In this document: positions 52,517 through 64,000 of the stretch, in pieces | Layout of the letters: each line of letters begins with the position of its first letter | Position numbering within the stretch: the first letter of the stretch is position 1 | Source: Pristiophorus japonicus | Taxonomy: Eukaryota | DNA length: 64,000 nt | Direction of reading: 5' to 3' | Assembly (NCBI RefSeq): GCF_044704955.1 | Contig: NC_091993.1 | Location: forward strand, 32,674,001-32,738,000 | Translations under genes and position numbers: made by a program | The notes under the pieces: model-generated | What the model was told of the DNA's origin: nothing | Seen by the model: the letters and a program-made list of their open reading frames with translations, nothing else | Databases searched by the model: none

Positions 52517-52989
52517 GTGAGAAGTGTGATCTGAGCTGTAAATGTTGAATTTTTAAGAAATGCACAGGAAAAGGAGTTATAGAAAACTGCAATGAATGCC
52601 GGTTGGATAGTTCTTGTGTGTACTACTTTAATTCTGCCTCCCTATCTGATATTTGCCTGTGCTATCCTTGGGTCATACCAACCCAGCATTTGTTTGCTCT
52701 GTCCTCCATTTCTTCTCTGAGAAACAATTGCTGGGATATGGGGAAAGATCGGGGGAGTGGGACCAATTGGATCGCTCTTCGAAAGAGCCGGCACCGACTT
52801 GGTGGGCCGAATGGCCTCCTTCCGTGCCGTACTGTTCTATGATTCCCCTGTTATTTACTTACTTTTGTGCACACCTTTCATTTTCCCACTTTGCATTCTG
52901 TCCCAATCTGTTGCTTACTTTGTTCTCAGTTTTCCCCGTTCTTTGATTAGCTTGCTTCCTGTACTCTCTCCCTGCCATTTGAATGCTCA

Positions 52990-53390
52990 GATGCTAAGTG
53001 TGGGTTCAAGCCTTATTCCAGATACTTGGGCATGTAATCCAGGCTGACACTCCCAGTGTAGTACTGAGGGAGTGCTGCACTGTCAGGCGCTATCTTCTGA
53101 ATGAGATTTTAAATCGAGGCCCCATCTGCTCTCAAATGGACGTAAAAGATCCCGTGGCACTATTTCGAAGAAGAGCAGGGGAGTTTTCCCCGGTGTCTTG
53201 GCCAATATTGATCCCTCAACCAACATTTTAAAAACAGGTTATCTGGTCATTACCTCGTTGCTGTTTGTGGGAGCTTGCTGTGCGGAACATGGCTGCTGCG
53301 TTTCCCACATTACAACAGTGACTACACTCCAAAAGTGTAAAGCACTTTGAGATGTCCTGAGGTCATGGAAAGTGCTATAAAAATTCAAAT
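52990..53390 (+). mobile_element. Deu-SINE
   Basis: B-box, body and tail are present. Confidence 0.85.
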
Positions 53391-53711
53391 ACTTCCATCC
53401 TTGCTCTGATCTAAATCATTTGCGTGTTCTTGCCACAGTCCCAAGTCCCAGCTCCGCAAATGTAGGGAACCAGCAAATCCATTCTTCCTGAATGGGCTTT
53501 GAAGTCCAGAATTAGTACAGATAATGGAAGCAGCAAAAAAATCATTTAATTGGAGGCAAAATTACAACATTTTACAGCAGAATGATAATTGAAGAGAAGT
53601 GCTCTCTTAGCACATGAGATTTAAAGATATTTTGAGATGCTTTAATTGTTTTAGCCTGCCATTGCTGTTGCATGACTATTGTTTCAGTTGCTAACCATTT
53701 CCTTTCTACAG

Positions 53712-53858
53712 CCCGCGATGCAGGTAGACAATGAAATTGCCATCAATCAAACCCAGCTTCAGTTGAGCACATCACAGTCTGTTCGTCGAGTAAGACAGGG
53801 AGATGATGGTGAGGAGGAAGAGGAGGAGGAGGAGGATGGAGAAGAATACAACTCCTAA
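53712..53858 (+). CDS. SNAPC5: SNAPC5 coding exon 3 (last)
   Basis: ctacag|PAMQVDNEIAINQTQLQLST...EEEEEEEEDGEEYNS*. The INQT-L-LST motif and acidic tail are typical of SNAPC5. Protein is 110 aa. AATAAA occurs at 54203, 54243 and further downstream. Confidence 0.9.
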   Translation, partial: PAMQVDNEIAINQTQLQLSTSQSVRRVRQGDDGEEEEEEEEDGEEYNS

Positions 53859-56800
53859 ATCGGTTGTTTCCTGGCAAGAATGCGATGAAATAGCACAAAC
53901 AGTATGCATTCTTTTCCTTTTTCAGATGACATGCTGAACTGTACTTGTAAAGAATGAAGCCTCTGAATGCAAAGATGTGTCAGAGTGCGTGGTTTTCTGG
54001 TAAAGAGTGTACGGTGAGCTGGACACTGGGCAGATTGGGCACCACGGGGAGGGGGAGGGGGAGGGGGTGGAAATCAGCCGTTCTGTCTCCGAGAGCTACA
54101 GTCTATTAACTGCTGGAATATCGAGCAGAATTTGAAATTCGAACTGATCTTTGCTGTGCCTCCTTCCTTGAGAGAAACGGAGAAAGAAAGACTGAAGGAG
54201 GAAATAAAACTGTGGGGGGGGAGCTTAACCTTTATCCTGCTGAATAAAGATGTGTATGTTATTGACACATCAAAAAGCTGTGAAACGTCCTTGAGTTAAG
54301 AAAATAAAAACCGAAATGCAAGATCGTGGCCAAGGAATAATAGAGGGTGTGGAATTCTACAATTCAGAACTTTTTTGTGGAGCATTGGAGCCGGGACATC
54401 AGAACTATAAACATATGTAAAAGTCAGTCGGACCTGTGTATTCAAATACTGCAGTACCCTGTATCTGTTCTCAGCCACTGTGGGAATCGTTACAGTTTCT
54501 GTGCCTCACTGAGGCTCTCTAATGGTGGGTAACCAGTACTGCAGCATTACCTCCTTGCACAAAAACTCCCAGGGAACTGAATATTGTTGATTTTCACCAA
54601 CATGTCTCCAAAATAATGTTCCACTCCTAAAATGTGGTAAAGTAAGGTTTGTTTGATACTGAGGTCGAGGCCCAGCTGACATGTGTTGGTCTGCCTGGAT
54701 GCTTTGACACTTTGCATGGATACGTTTTGTTGAGTATTGAAAGAGATTTTTGTACCGTCGTTCTGCTAGATATCGGCCAGTTCATGTATTTTTGTTTAAA
54801 AAGCTGACTAGCGAGCAGTTCCTGCAGCCTCCCTAGCATGGGATTATAATCATCATCATTGTCGGAGGTCACTCAAGTGTCCTCCGCAGCACTGTATTTG
54901 GGACAGTTGCCCTTTCATTGGCTTGTGTACTGCAGCTTCGTCACAGTTGCAGGCATGGGATATCTCTACAGGTTCATTTTGTGAACCCGAATTCCTTGTG
55001 TGGAGCCTCACCCAGAGAGACCGTATCAGTTATTGAGGCTCGTCCCCCACCCTCCAAACCCCCCCAGTCACTGCTCCAGGCCAGCACAGCAGGGAGTGCG
55101 GGTTTGTAAAATGACCCCTGTAATTCCAGTCATTCCCTATGTTTTCACAATGTAATTGTTTTCCTTATGGGTTCCCAGCACCGCGACCTATTGCACAGCT
55201 TTAGAGAGGCAGGCAAGCAAGCTGCTGCTCTGGGATGTGTTATTTATATTGTACCCATGCTTTAAAAAAAATGCCACCATTTTAATTGGCTGAGATACAC
55301 TCTAGTCCTTTGTGTGCCTTTCTGTTGGATGTGGCACTGTGCCAGGGCGGGTGGGTTTTCAGTGGCCTGTGAAAGCCATGAATAAGGAGTGCCATTCAAT
55401 CTCCGGAACATCACGACTGTGTGAGCTAACCCAAACTGAACCGAGTGTTGACTCTAACACAAGCTGTGAATCTGTCTCACCGGTCCATTTCTAAAATTAA
55501 ATATTAATTGATTCATAGTTGCATAAAGAAAGAACTAGGTCCTGAAATACTGGCAAGAAACGTGATAATTCTTCTGTACCTTAAATCATCGGCTGGGTTT
55601 AAATTCCTCTGATAGCACACTGGCTGATGTATTCGCATAATATTCCCTTGCGTGCAGCCCATAGCGGGTTTATTTTGAATGCGTGGATCTCCTCTGGCGA
55701 TGGGAGGCCAGGCTAAGCATTGTCTTTAGGTGGAGCGGATTTAGAAGGCAGCACGTAATTGGACCGGGACTACAGATGTAATTCGATCCCCACTAAAGTT
55801 ATGAATTCTGTCTTTATTTTTATATTTCCGTTATAAATTCCTATGTAAACCTGTCATGCTGTCATTACATCCTTCTGCCAGTGGTGATGCTGCAGGATCT
55901 CCATTGGCAGGTGAGTGTAATGTCACTGTGGTAAATTTTATAAAGGCAGTTCCAATTATAAATGTGGACACAAGAATTTACAATGGGGAAAAAAGTTGAC
56001 AGAAAGTGTGTGCAGATGTGAGATTTTTAATATATTCTAGATGGATTCTTGACCACAGTAATATAACACAAGACGTTTATACAAATACAGCAGGCAGTGA
56101 ACTACCAGTAAATCCATGAATGTGTTTTTTGGGTCGCGACCTCAAGGTACTGCCTCAAACAGCTTCAAAGGAATTGTTTAGCTTTTGTTTGATATTAAAA
56201 CTGTGAATGTAGAAGTTGATTGTTTTAAAGGAAAAAAAAAGCGCCGTAAAACTGTGTAAAACTTGGAAGAATTGAAAAGTATGTACCCTGTAACGCCTTA
56301 GCCTGGCCAGTGAGCGCACTTTCTTTTTCACATTGAAAATAAGACGTCTATTGTGTTTTGTTTTCCACTTGGGACTGTTTTAAATGAAACCCATCAGCCT
56401 GAAATGGGCGGCAGGTAGTGAACACCAACATGCAGCATCACAGACTGATGGGGCAAGGGCTGGTGGTGAGCTCCAGTATTCACAGAGCTAGAGGGGGAAT
56501 GCAGCAAGTGGAAATATGGCGATGCCAGGACACTGGAGCCAGCTGGACATTGAATGCATCTTGTGATCTTTTACCTCCCAAAAACAGGGCGGGAAAACAG
56601 ACAACAGAGTCAACGGGGGCCTGTTCCCTTCATCCTTCCTGGTGGGCACACCTGAGATTGACAGAGGCCGATGAGGAGTTTGCCTAATCTCCGCTCGGTG
56701 CTGGGGAGAAATAAATTATTTGGGAGGCGAGTGACTGAGTGTTCTTTAGTATTTATCCACTGGCTGGTTAAATTGTTCAGGGCACAGACTGGCTGCATTA

Positions 56801-57282
56801 TTTTTGACTGAAAACCTACCTTTCTAACTTCATATTTTAAGTATTGTTGTAAAATAATAAATGCATAGGGCTTTGTGAAAAATGTTACCGAATGCTGCAG
56901 CTAATCATTTGCACTGCTACAAGGATAGCCAATAATAAAACATTGTGAATTCGGGAGATGTTTTTTTATTATGACGATAACGGAAACACACTCCTTGACT
57001 CAGTGGAAGCGGATTCGTCGAATGGAGCCTACGGTGGCAGCAGTCGCTCCCCACTCCGTGCAATTGTTGAAATCCCTCTTCTCCAGAATGTAATGTAGGC
57101 CCCGGTAATTTGGATCCTGATAGACTACCCAGCTATGATGAAAGGAGGAAAAAATATAAGCAAATATATGCTGGCTCTAAGTTCATGCTTATGGACATAA
57201 AAGATCCCACGGCCATTATTTCGAAGAAGAGCAGGGGCGTTCGCCCCGGTGTCCTGGGGCTAATATTTATCCCTCCATGACC

Positions 57283-58753
57283 GTGAGGGTAGCCAATGTA
57301 ACCCCACTTTTTAAAAAAGGAGGGAGAGAGAAAACAGGGAATTATAGACCGGTCAGCCTGACCTCAGTAGTGGGTAAAATGATGGAATCAATTATTAAGG
57401 ATGTCATAGCAGTGCATCTGGAAAATGGTGACATGATAGGTCCAAGTCAGCATGGATTTGTGAAAGGGAAATCATGCTTGACAAATCTTCTGGAATTTTT
57501 TGAGGATGTTTCCAGTAAAGTGGACAAAGGAGAACCAGTTGATGTGGTATATTTGGACTTTCAGAAGGCTTTCGACAAGGTCCCACACAAGAGATTAATG
57601 TGCAAAGTTAAAGCACATGGGATTGGGGATAGTGTGCTGACGTGGATTGAGAACTGGTTGTCAGACAGGAAGCAAAGAGTAGGAGTAAACGGGTACTTTT
57701 CAGAATGGCAGGCAGTGACTAGTGGAGTGCCGCAAGGTTCTGTGCTGGGGCCCCAGCTGTTTACATTGTACATTAATGATTTAGACGAGGGGATTAAATG
57801 CAGTATCTCCAAATTTGCGGATGATACTAAGTTGGGTGGCAGTGTGAGCTGCGAGGAGGATGCTATTAGGCTGCAGAGTGACTTGGATAGGTTAGGTGAG
57901 TGGGCAAATGCATGGCAGATGAAGTATAATGTGGATAAATGTGAGGTTATCCACTTTGATGGTAAAAACAGAGAGACAGACTATTATCTGAATGGTGACA
58001 GATTAGGAAAAGGGAAGGTGCAACGAGACCTGGGTGTCATGGTACATCAGTCATTGAAGGTTAGCATGCAGGTACAGCAGGCGGTTAAGAAAGCAAATGG
58101 CATGTTGGCCTTCATAGCGAGGGGATTTGAATACAGGGGCAGGGAGGTGTTGCTACAGTTGTACAGGGCCTTGGTGAGGCCACACCTGGAGTATTGTGTA
58201 CAGTTTTGGTCTCCTAACTTGAGGAAGGACATTCTTGCTATTGAGGGAGTGCAGCGAAGGTTCACCAGACTGATTCCCGGGATGGCGGGACTGACCTATC
58301 AAGAAAGATTGGATCAACTGGGCTTGTATTCACTGGAGTTCAGAAGAATGAGAGGGGACCTCATAGAAACGTTTAAAATTCTGACGGGGTTAGACAGGTT
58401 AGATGCAGAAAGAATGTTCCCAATGTTGGGAAAGTCCAGAACCAGGGGTCACAGTCTGAGGATAAGGGGTAAGCCATTTAGGACCGAGATGAGGAGAAAC
58501 TTCTTCACCCAGAGAGTGGTGAACCTGTGGAATTCTCTACCACAGAAAGTAGTTGAGGCCAATTCACTAAATATATTCAAAAGGGAGTTAGATGAAGTCC
58601 TTACTACTCGGGGGATCAAGGGTTATGGCGAGAAAGCAGGAATGGGGTACTGAAGTTTCATGTTCAGCCATGAACTCATTGAATGGCGGTGCAGGCTAGA
58701 AGGGCTGAATGGCCTGCTCCTGCACCTATTTTCTATGTTTTTATGTTTCTATG
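57283..58753 (+). mobile_element. Young 5'-truncated CR1 LINE with uninterrupted RT frame, nested in a Deu-SINE (57190-57276 / 58754-58935)
   Basis: 458-aa ORF with NYRPVSLTS, YLDFQKAFDKVPH, GVPQGSVLGP and KFADDTKL. Tail TTTCTATG repeats. The SINE sequence resumes after the tail. Confidence 0.95.
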
Positions 58754-59302
58754 TAACAAAAAAACACATTATCTGGCAATTATCACATTGCTGTTTGTGG
58801 GAGCTTGCTGTGCGCAAATTGGCTGCCGCGTTTCCCACATTACAACAGTGACTGCACTCCAAAAGTACTTCATTGGCTGTAAAGCGCTTTGAGACATCTG
58901 GTGGTTGTGTAAGACGGTATATAAATCCAAGTCTTCAATTCTTTTATTTAAAGCAATACATTCAATGGGAAGCTCTCCCATCTCCCGAAACGGTTAGTGT
59001 TATTGTGGGGGTGGGGGAATGAGTAAATATTCAATCTGTCAAAATGTTTTTAGTGCCTTGTAGGTAGATGGACTCCACATAGGCCAAGGACCCCCATGGT
59101 TTGACCCCCATTCTGTGCTGGGTTAGCTGCGTTGAGATGTGTTAAAAGTGGCCATTGATCCCCGACTCAGCGAGGTGTGAGGGGGGGGGCGAAAGACAGC
59201 CAGGGTTTCTGCTCTAATCATTATCCCCAGTGACCCCTCCAGTGATGGCATCTGTGAAGATACTGGGTGAGGATGGGATCAGGTTCGGCTGTGAAGCAAC
59301 TC

Positions 59303-59762
59303 GGCTCACACTGATCACACTCAGCTCACACATTACTCAGTGCTCTCACTGTGCTCACACTTTACTCTGCTCAAACTCAGCTCACACTTTACTCAGTGCT
59401 CACACTCAGCTCACATTTTACTCAGTGCTCACATTGTGCTAACACTCGGCTCTCACTGTGCTCACACTTGACTCACACTCGGCTCACACTTTACTCGGTG
59501 CTCACACTCCGCTCACACTTTACTCAGCGCTCACACTTTACTCAGTGCTTACACTCAGCTCACTCTTTACTCAGTGCTCACACTCGACTCTCGCTCTGCT
59601 CACTCAGCTCTCACTCAGCTCACACTTTACTCAGTGCTGACACTCAACTCACACTGCTCACACTTTACTCAGTGCGCACACTTTACTCAGTGCTCACACT
59701 TCACTCACACTCGGCTCACACTTTACTTAGTGCTCATACTGCTCACATTCGGCTGCACACTG
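59303..59762. repeat. Degenerate minisatellite (core CTCACACTTTACTCAGTG, ~18 bp, with shorter sub-units)
   Basis: Directly visible. Confidence 0.9.
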
Positions 59763-60199
59763 TACTTACACTCCTCCAAGAACCCTGGCAGAGGCAAAGC
59801 GATTGAGGCTGAAACGTGAAATGAGGTTCGGAATATCCTCTTGGAGTTCCACCTTCCTTCCAGAAAAGCCGGGTTTTTCATATAAACAGATTTTAGATGG
59901 AGAACATTCCTGATTGGATTCAAGGCACAAAGACATTGATTTGATATAGTTGTGTGTCAGTGTTTGCAGTTTTTTTAAAAATCTTTACACGTGACATTCC
60001 AGTTTTTCAAAATAGATACACATTTTTTTTACATCAATTAAAAATATTTTCCCTCTGCTTTTTGTTGCTCCCCAATTTAACCATAAACACACATCCTGCT
60101 TCATGGATCTACCAGTACAGCCTTTGGGCTAATCATTGGCAGATTAAGCAATTTAATTATTGGGAGTTAACATTTTCTGTTTGTTCCATTTGAAATAAA

Positions 60200-60957
60200 C
60201 AAAGGTGCAGTAATTCCGATTGGAGGATTCCTGCGGGCTGATGCTACCAACCTGAAAAAAATCTATGAACGTACCTGCTGGTCCGGGGGGCTCGGAGACT
60301 TGCGGACCTGGGCCTCTCCGCGAAGGCCTGCGTAGAGGCCCACGTATCCCAGGGATGTAGGTGTTTCGCAAACGTCCCTCGGATCACGTGGGCTGGCCCA
60401 ACCAATCAAAGTAGGGGATCCCCATTCATGCTTATGGTGAATTGCGATATATGGAATCACCATAAGTATGAATGTGAAACCCCAAAAGATACACAAACAC
60501 TTAAAACTTAGATTTTTTTAAACATCACATTTAAAATTAATCAAAATTGAATTTAATTAATTATTTAAAACAAAAATTTAATTTGGTGAAAAATAAATAT
60601 ACATATTTTAAAGGGTCTAAAAATAAACTTACCTTATTTCACAGGTTGTTAAATGTTTAAATGATTGAAAAAAAATTATTTTTCTGTCCTTTAAAAGTCT
60701 TACCTAAGGCCTGCTTTTATCAGTCGGAAGAATTTCATGGGCATTCGCTGGGCAGAAGTTGGGCAAATAGCCCAACTCTCCGTCCGCAGAGGCCCTTTTC
60801 TTTCCAGTTGTGTGCGATCTGTCAAGCGGGTTCTTGACAGATCGCTAGTTCTGGGTTTAGACGTATGCGCAGTGCGTGCGTAAACCTTGAACTTGCGGGG
60901 TCCCTATGGGTGCGTGCGCACCTTGTACATGCCCATGGGAGCCACAAATTCAGCCCC
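60200..60957. mobile_element. MITE-like element related to 40235-40997 (left end uncertain)
   Basis: Colinear shared blocks (CCAATCAA, hairpin, AAATAAACTTACC, GCCTGCTTTT, GATCTGTCAAGC, ATGCGCA). Right end AAATTCAGCCCC. Confidence 0.6.
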
Positions 60958-61176
60958 AAAATATTTTCCTTCTCTTCCTGGCTCCCTATCTATGAGGCAG
61001 CAATCAATCTCCAATTGGCGCCTCTATCCCCTGGCACCATTACCCATTGGCACCTCTACCCAATGACACAGCACAGCTTAAGGACGCATGGTGAGATTCT
61101 CTAACCATGAACCTGCAGCTCTTGGCTCTGCGATGTACCATCTGATAAAGGAGGCGATTTAATTTTTTTTAATTAC

Positions 61177-61451
61177 ATGTCCCCCTTCGCTTAGAGGATT
61201 TTACTGGAGGTGGGTGGGGTGGCTTGACCCATCCACCTCCACGGAGGTGTGTGGGGGACCTGACCCATCCGCCTCCATGGCACGAACCTGGTATTGCAGT
61301 ACTTCCAGGAGCGGTGCAGTGGCTCTAGGCCTTTTGGCTAAGAGCATTGGCGCAGAGTGATCCTTGGCGTGTGCAGGGTGACCTCTGGCGTTTGTGATTT
61401 GACAAAGAATTGGAACGATTGGCTACGAATTTCCAAAAAAAAAAAAAAAAA
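61177..61451 (+). mobile_element. U2 snRNA-derived, poly(A)-tailed retroposed element with permuted module order
   Basis: ACCTGGTATTGCAGTACTTCCAGGAGCGGTGCA (U2 3' stem-loop IV, 61286-61318) is followed by GGCCTTTTGGCTAAGA (U2 5' stem-loop I, 61328-61343). A17 tail. AATTAC on both sides. Confidence 0.8.
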
Positions 61452-61518
61452 TTACTGAGTGATGACCACCTGAGGTCATTTACTGCATCATGCAGCATTA
61501 TAATCAGAGCAAATGTTT

Positions 61519-61663
61519 TTAACCCACCTCTCTCACTGCTCTTACAGAGGAGATGTGATCTGATGTTCCGAGCCACTTATCATAGTTGCTGTATTCTCGT
61601 TTGTCGTACACGTCCCAGAGATACTGGCGGCCACTGTAGTTTTCACCCTCATATCCAACCCAA
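61519..61663 (-). CDS. Terminal exon of a beta/gamma-crystallin-domain protein (one Greek-key motif)
   Basis: ttaacag|T TGG GTT... gives WVGYEGENYSGRQYLWDVYDKREYSNYDKWLGTSDHISSVRAVREVG*. It has the W-x-x-Y-E-x-x-N-Y-x-G-R-Q-Y and I-S-S-V-R signatures and a phase-2 acceptor before W, as in beta-crystallin exons. Confidence 0.85.
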
Positions 61664-61895
61664 CTGTTAATGACAAGGGAAAATAAAGAATGTTTACTTA
61701 CACTGCAACAGGTGTTAGAATCAGCTGGGTCTGATAAACAAAGCAATATAAGAATAATAAGTAGAAATGAGTGCTGATATTGGTTGATTGGCTCCATAGC
61801 AACCATCCAGTCCAAACTGTCACAAGGCTGCAAAGCGCGGACTAAAAAGCAAATTTCTCCCACAAATTTCTCCCTCACTTTGGGGGAGAGGTCAC

Positions 61896-62235
61896 TGTCA
61901 GCCGTGGCTCAGTGGGTGGTAGTCTCGCCTCTGAGACTGAAGGTCACTCCAGAGATTTGAGCACATAATCTAGTCTAGTACTTCAATGCAGTAATGAGGG
62001 AGCGCTGTGCCTTCATTTAGGTGAAATTTTACACCAAGGCCTCGTCTGCTCTCAGATGGATGTAAATGATCCCATGGCACAACTTCAAAGAAGAGCAGGG
62101 GAGTTGGCCCAGTGACCTGGCCAATATTTAGCCCTCAACCCACAACATTAAAACAGACCAACTGGTTATTCAATCCATTGCTGTTTGTGGGAGCTTGCTG
62201 TGCACAAATTGTTGTGTTGGCTATATTACAACAGT
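61896..62235 (+). mobile_element. Deu-SINE truncated by CR1 insertion
   Basis: Head and body are present. It stops at ATTACAACAGT, where the CR1 tail begins. Confidence 0.8.
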
Positions 62236-64000
62236 AACATAGAAACATAGAAAATAGGTGCAGGAGTAGGCCATTCGGCCCTTCGAGCCTGCACCACCAT
62301 TCAATATGATCATGGCTGATCATTCACCTCAGTACCCCTTTCCCGCTTTCTTTCCATACCCCTTGATCCCTTTAGCCATAACGGCCATATCTAACTTCCT
62401 CTTGAACATATCCAATGAACTGGCATCAATGACTCTCTGCGGCAGGGAATTCCACAGGTTAACAACTCTCGGAGTGAAGAAGTTTCTCCTCATCTCAGTC
62501 CTAAATGGCCTACCCCTTATCCTAAGACTGTGTCCCCTGGTTCTGGACTTCCCCAACATCAGGAACATTCTTCCCGCATCTAACATGTCCCGTCCCGTCA
62601 GAATCTTATACGCTTCTATGAGATACCCTCTCATCCTTCTAAACTCCAGTGTATAAAGACTTGATCCAGTCTCTCCTCATAGGTCAGTCCAGCCATCCCT
62701 GGAATCAGTCTGGTGAACATTCGCTGCACTCCCTCAATAGCAAGAACGTCCTTCCTCAGATTAGGAGACCAAAACTGAATACAATATTCCAGGCGAGGCC
62801 TCACTAAGGCCCTGTACAACTGCAGTAAGACGTCCCTGCTCCTATACTCGAATCCCCTAGCCATGAACGGCAACATGCCGTTTGCCTTCTTCACCACCTG
62901 CTGTACCTGCATGCCAATTTTCAATGACTGATGAACCATGACACCCAGGTCTCGTTGCACCTTCCCTTTTCCTAATCTGCCACCATTCAGATAATATTTT
63001 GCCTTCGTGTTTTTGCCACCAAAGTGGATAACCTCACATTTATCCACATTATACTGCATCTGCCATGCATTTGCCCACTCGCCTAACCTGTCCAAATCAC
63101 CCTGCAGCCTCTTAGTATCCTCCTCACAGCTCACACCGCCACCCAGTTTAGTGTCATCTGCAAACTTGGAGATATTACACTCAATTCCTTCATCCAAATT
63201 GTTAATGTATATTGTAAAGAGCTGGGGTCCCAGCACTGAGCCCTGTGGCACTCCACTCGTCACTGCCTCCCATTCCGAAAAGGACCCGGTTATCCCGACT
63301 CTCTGCTTCCTGTCTGCCAACCATTTCTCTATCCACGCCAGTACATTACCCCCAATACCATGTGCTTTGATTTTGCACACCAATCTCTTATGTGGGACCT
63401 TGTCAAAGGCCTTTTGAAAGTCCAAATACACCACATCCACTGGTTCGCCCTTATCCACTCTACTAGTTACATCCTCAACAAATTCCAGAAGATTTGTCAA
63501 GCATGATTTCCCTTTCACAAATCCATGCTGACTTGGACCAATCCTGTCACTGCTTCCCAAATGCGCTGCTATTTCATCCTTAATAATTGATTCCAATGTT
63601 TTCCCCACTACTGATGTCAGGCTAACCGGTCTATAATTTCCCGTTTTCTCTCTCCCTCCTTTTTAAAAAACTGGTGTTACATTAGCTACTCTCCAGTCCA
63701 TAGGAACTGATCCTGAGTCGATAGACTGTTGGAAAATGATCACCAGTGCATCCACTATTTCTAGGGTCACCTCCTTAAGTACTCTGGGATGCAGATAATC
63801 AGGCCCCGGGGATTTGTCGGCTTTCAATCCCATCAATTTCCCCAACACAATTTCCTGTCTAATAAGGATATCCTTCAGTTCCTCCTTCTCACTAGACCCT
63901 CGGTCCCCTAGTACATCCGGAAGGTCATTTGTGTCTTCCTTCGTGAAGACAGAACCAAAGTATTTGTTCAATTGTCTGCCATTTCTTTGTTCCTCATTAT
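62236..64000 (-). mobile_element. CR1 LINE (RT domain, few frameshifts), runs off window
   Basis: ORFs 63663-63971, 62631-63608 and 62329-62634(-) carry CR1 RT motifs. Tail (TTTCTATG)2. Confidence 0.95.

Noticed and set aside
54627-54872. Minus ORF containing MLGRLQEL, similar to the SNAPC5 start MLSRLQEL
   Set aside because: The similarity stops after 8 residues and there is no extended nucleotide match. Most likely chance.
57277-58653. 458-aa reverse transcriptase as a domesticated or novel RT gene
   Set aside because: It is a 5'-truncated CR1 ORF2 lacking the endonuclease. The ATG comes from the junction, and it is near-identical to other CR1 copies here.
61177-61451. Functional U2 snRNA gene, or a functional link to neighbouring SNAPC5
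   Set aside because: The branch-point recognition sequence GTGTAGTA is absent, module order is permuted and a poly(A) tail is present. Proximity to SNAPC5 has no supporting evidence.

Overview
Eukaryotic, vertebrate DNA. The repeat content (abundant Deu-domain tRNA SINEs of the SacSINE1/AmnSINE1 type, CR1, RTE and L2 LINEs) points to a cartilaginous fish, but the species cannot be determined. Four genes can be assembled by hand. (1) ANKRD34C: single coding exon 10157-11773 (+), with a probable upstream non-coding exon ending at 3060. (2) A complete 7-exon RDH11/12/13-family short-chain dehydrogenase on the minus strand (47078 to 19341, 341 aa), with a ~22-kb first intron and one GC-AG intron. 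(3) SNAPC5 on the plus strand (3 coding exons, 110 aa), head-to-head with the RDH gene across a compact CpG promoter. (4) The last exon of a beta/gamma-crystallin-domain gene on the minus strand (61663-61519). Most other ORFs in the track are repeat-derived or spurious. The most unusual object is a poly(A)-tailed, TSD-flanked ~275-bp retroposed element at 61177-61451, built from rearranged U2 snRNA modules (3' stem-loops placed before the 5' stem-loop). Other notable items: a 13-copy 44-bp minisatellite whose unit resembles an extended CTCF site, an RE1/REST site and a spliced uORF in ANKRD34C, an RTE insertion with twin-priming geometry, and MITE-like elements with a covarying hairpin. Exon coordinates were read at splice sites. 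Repeat boundaries are approximate and no database search was run.
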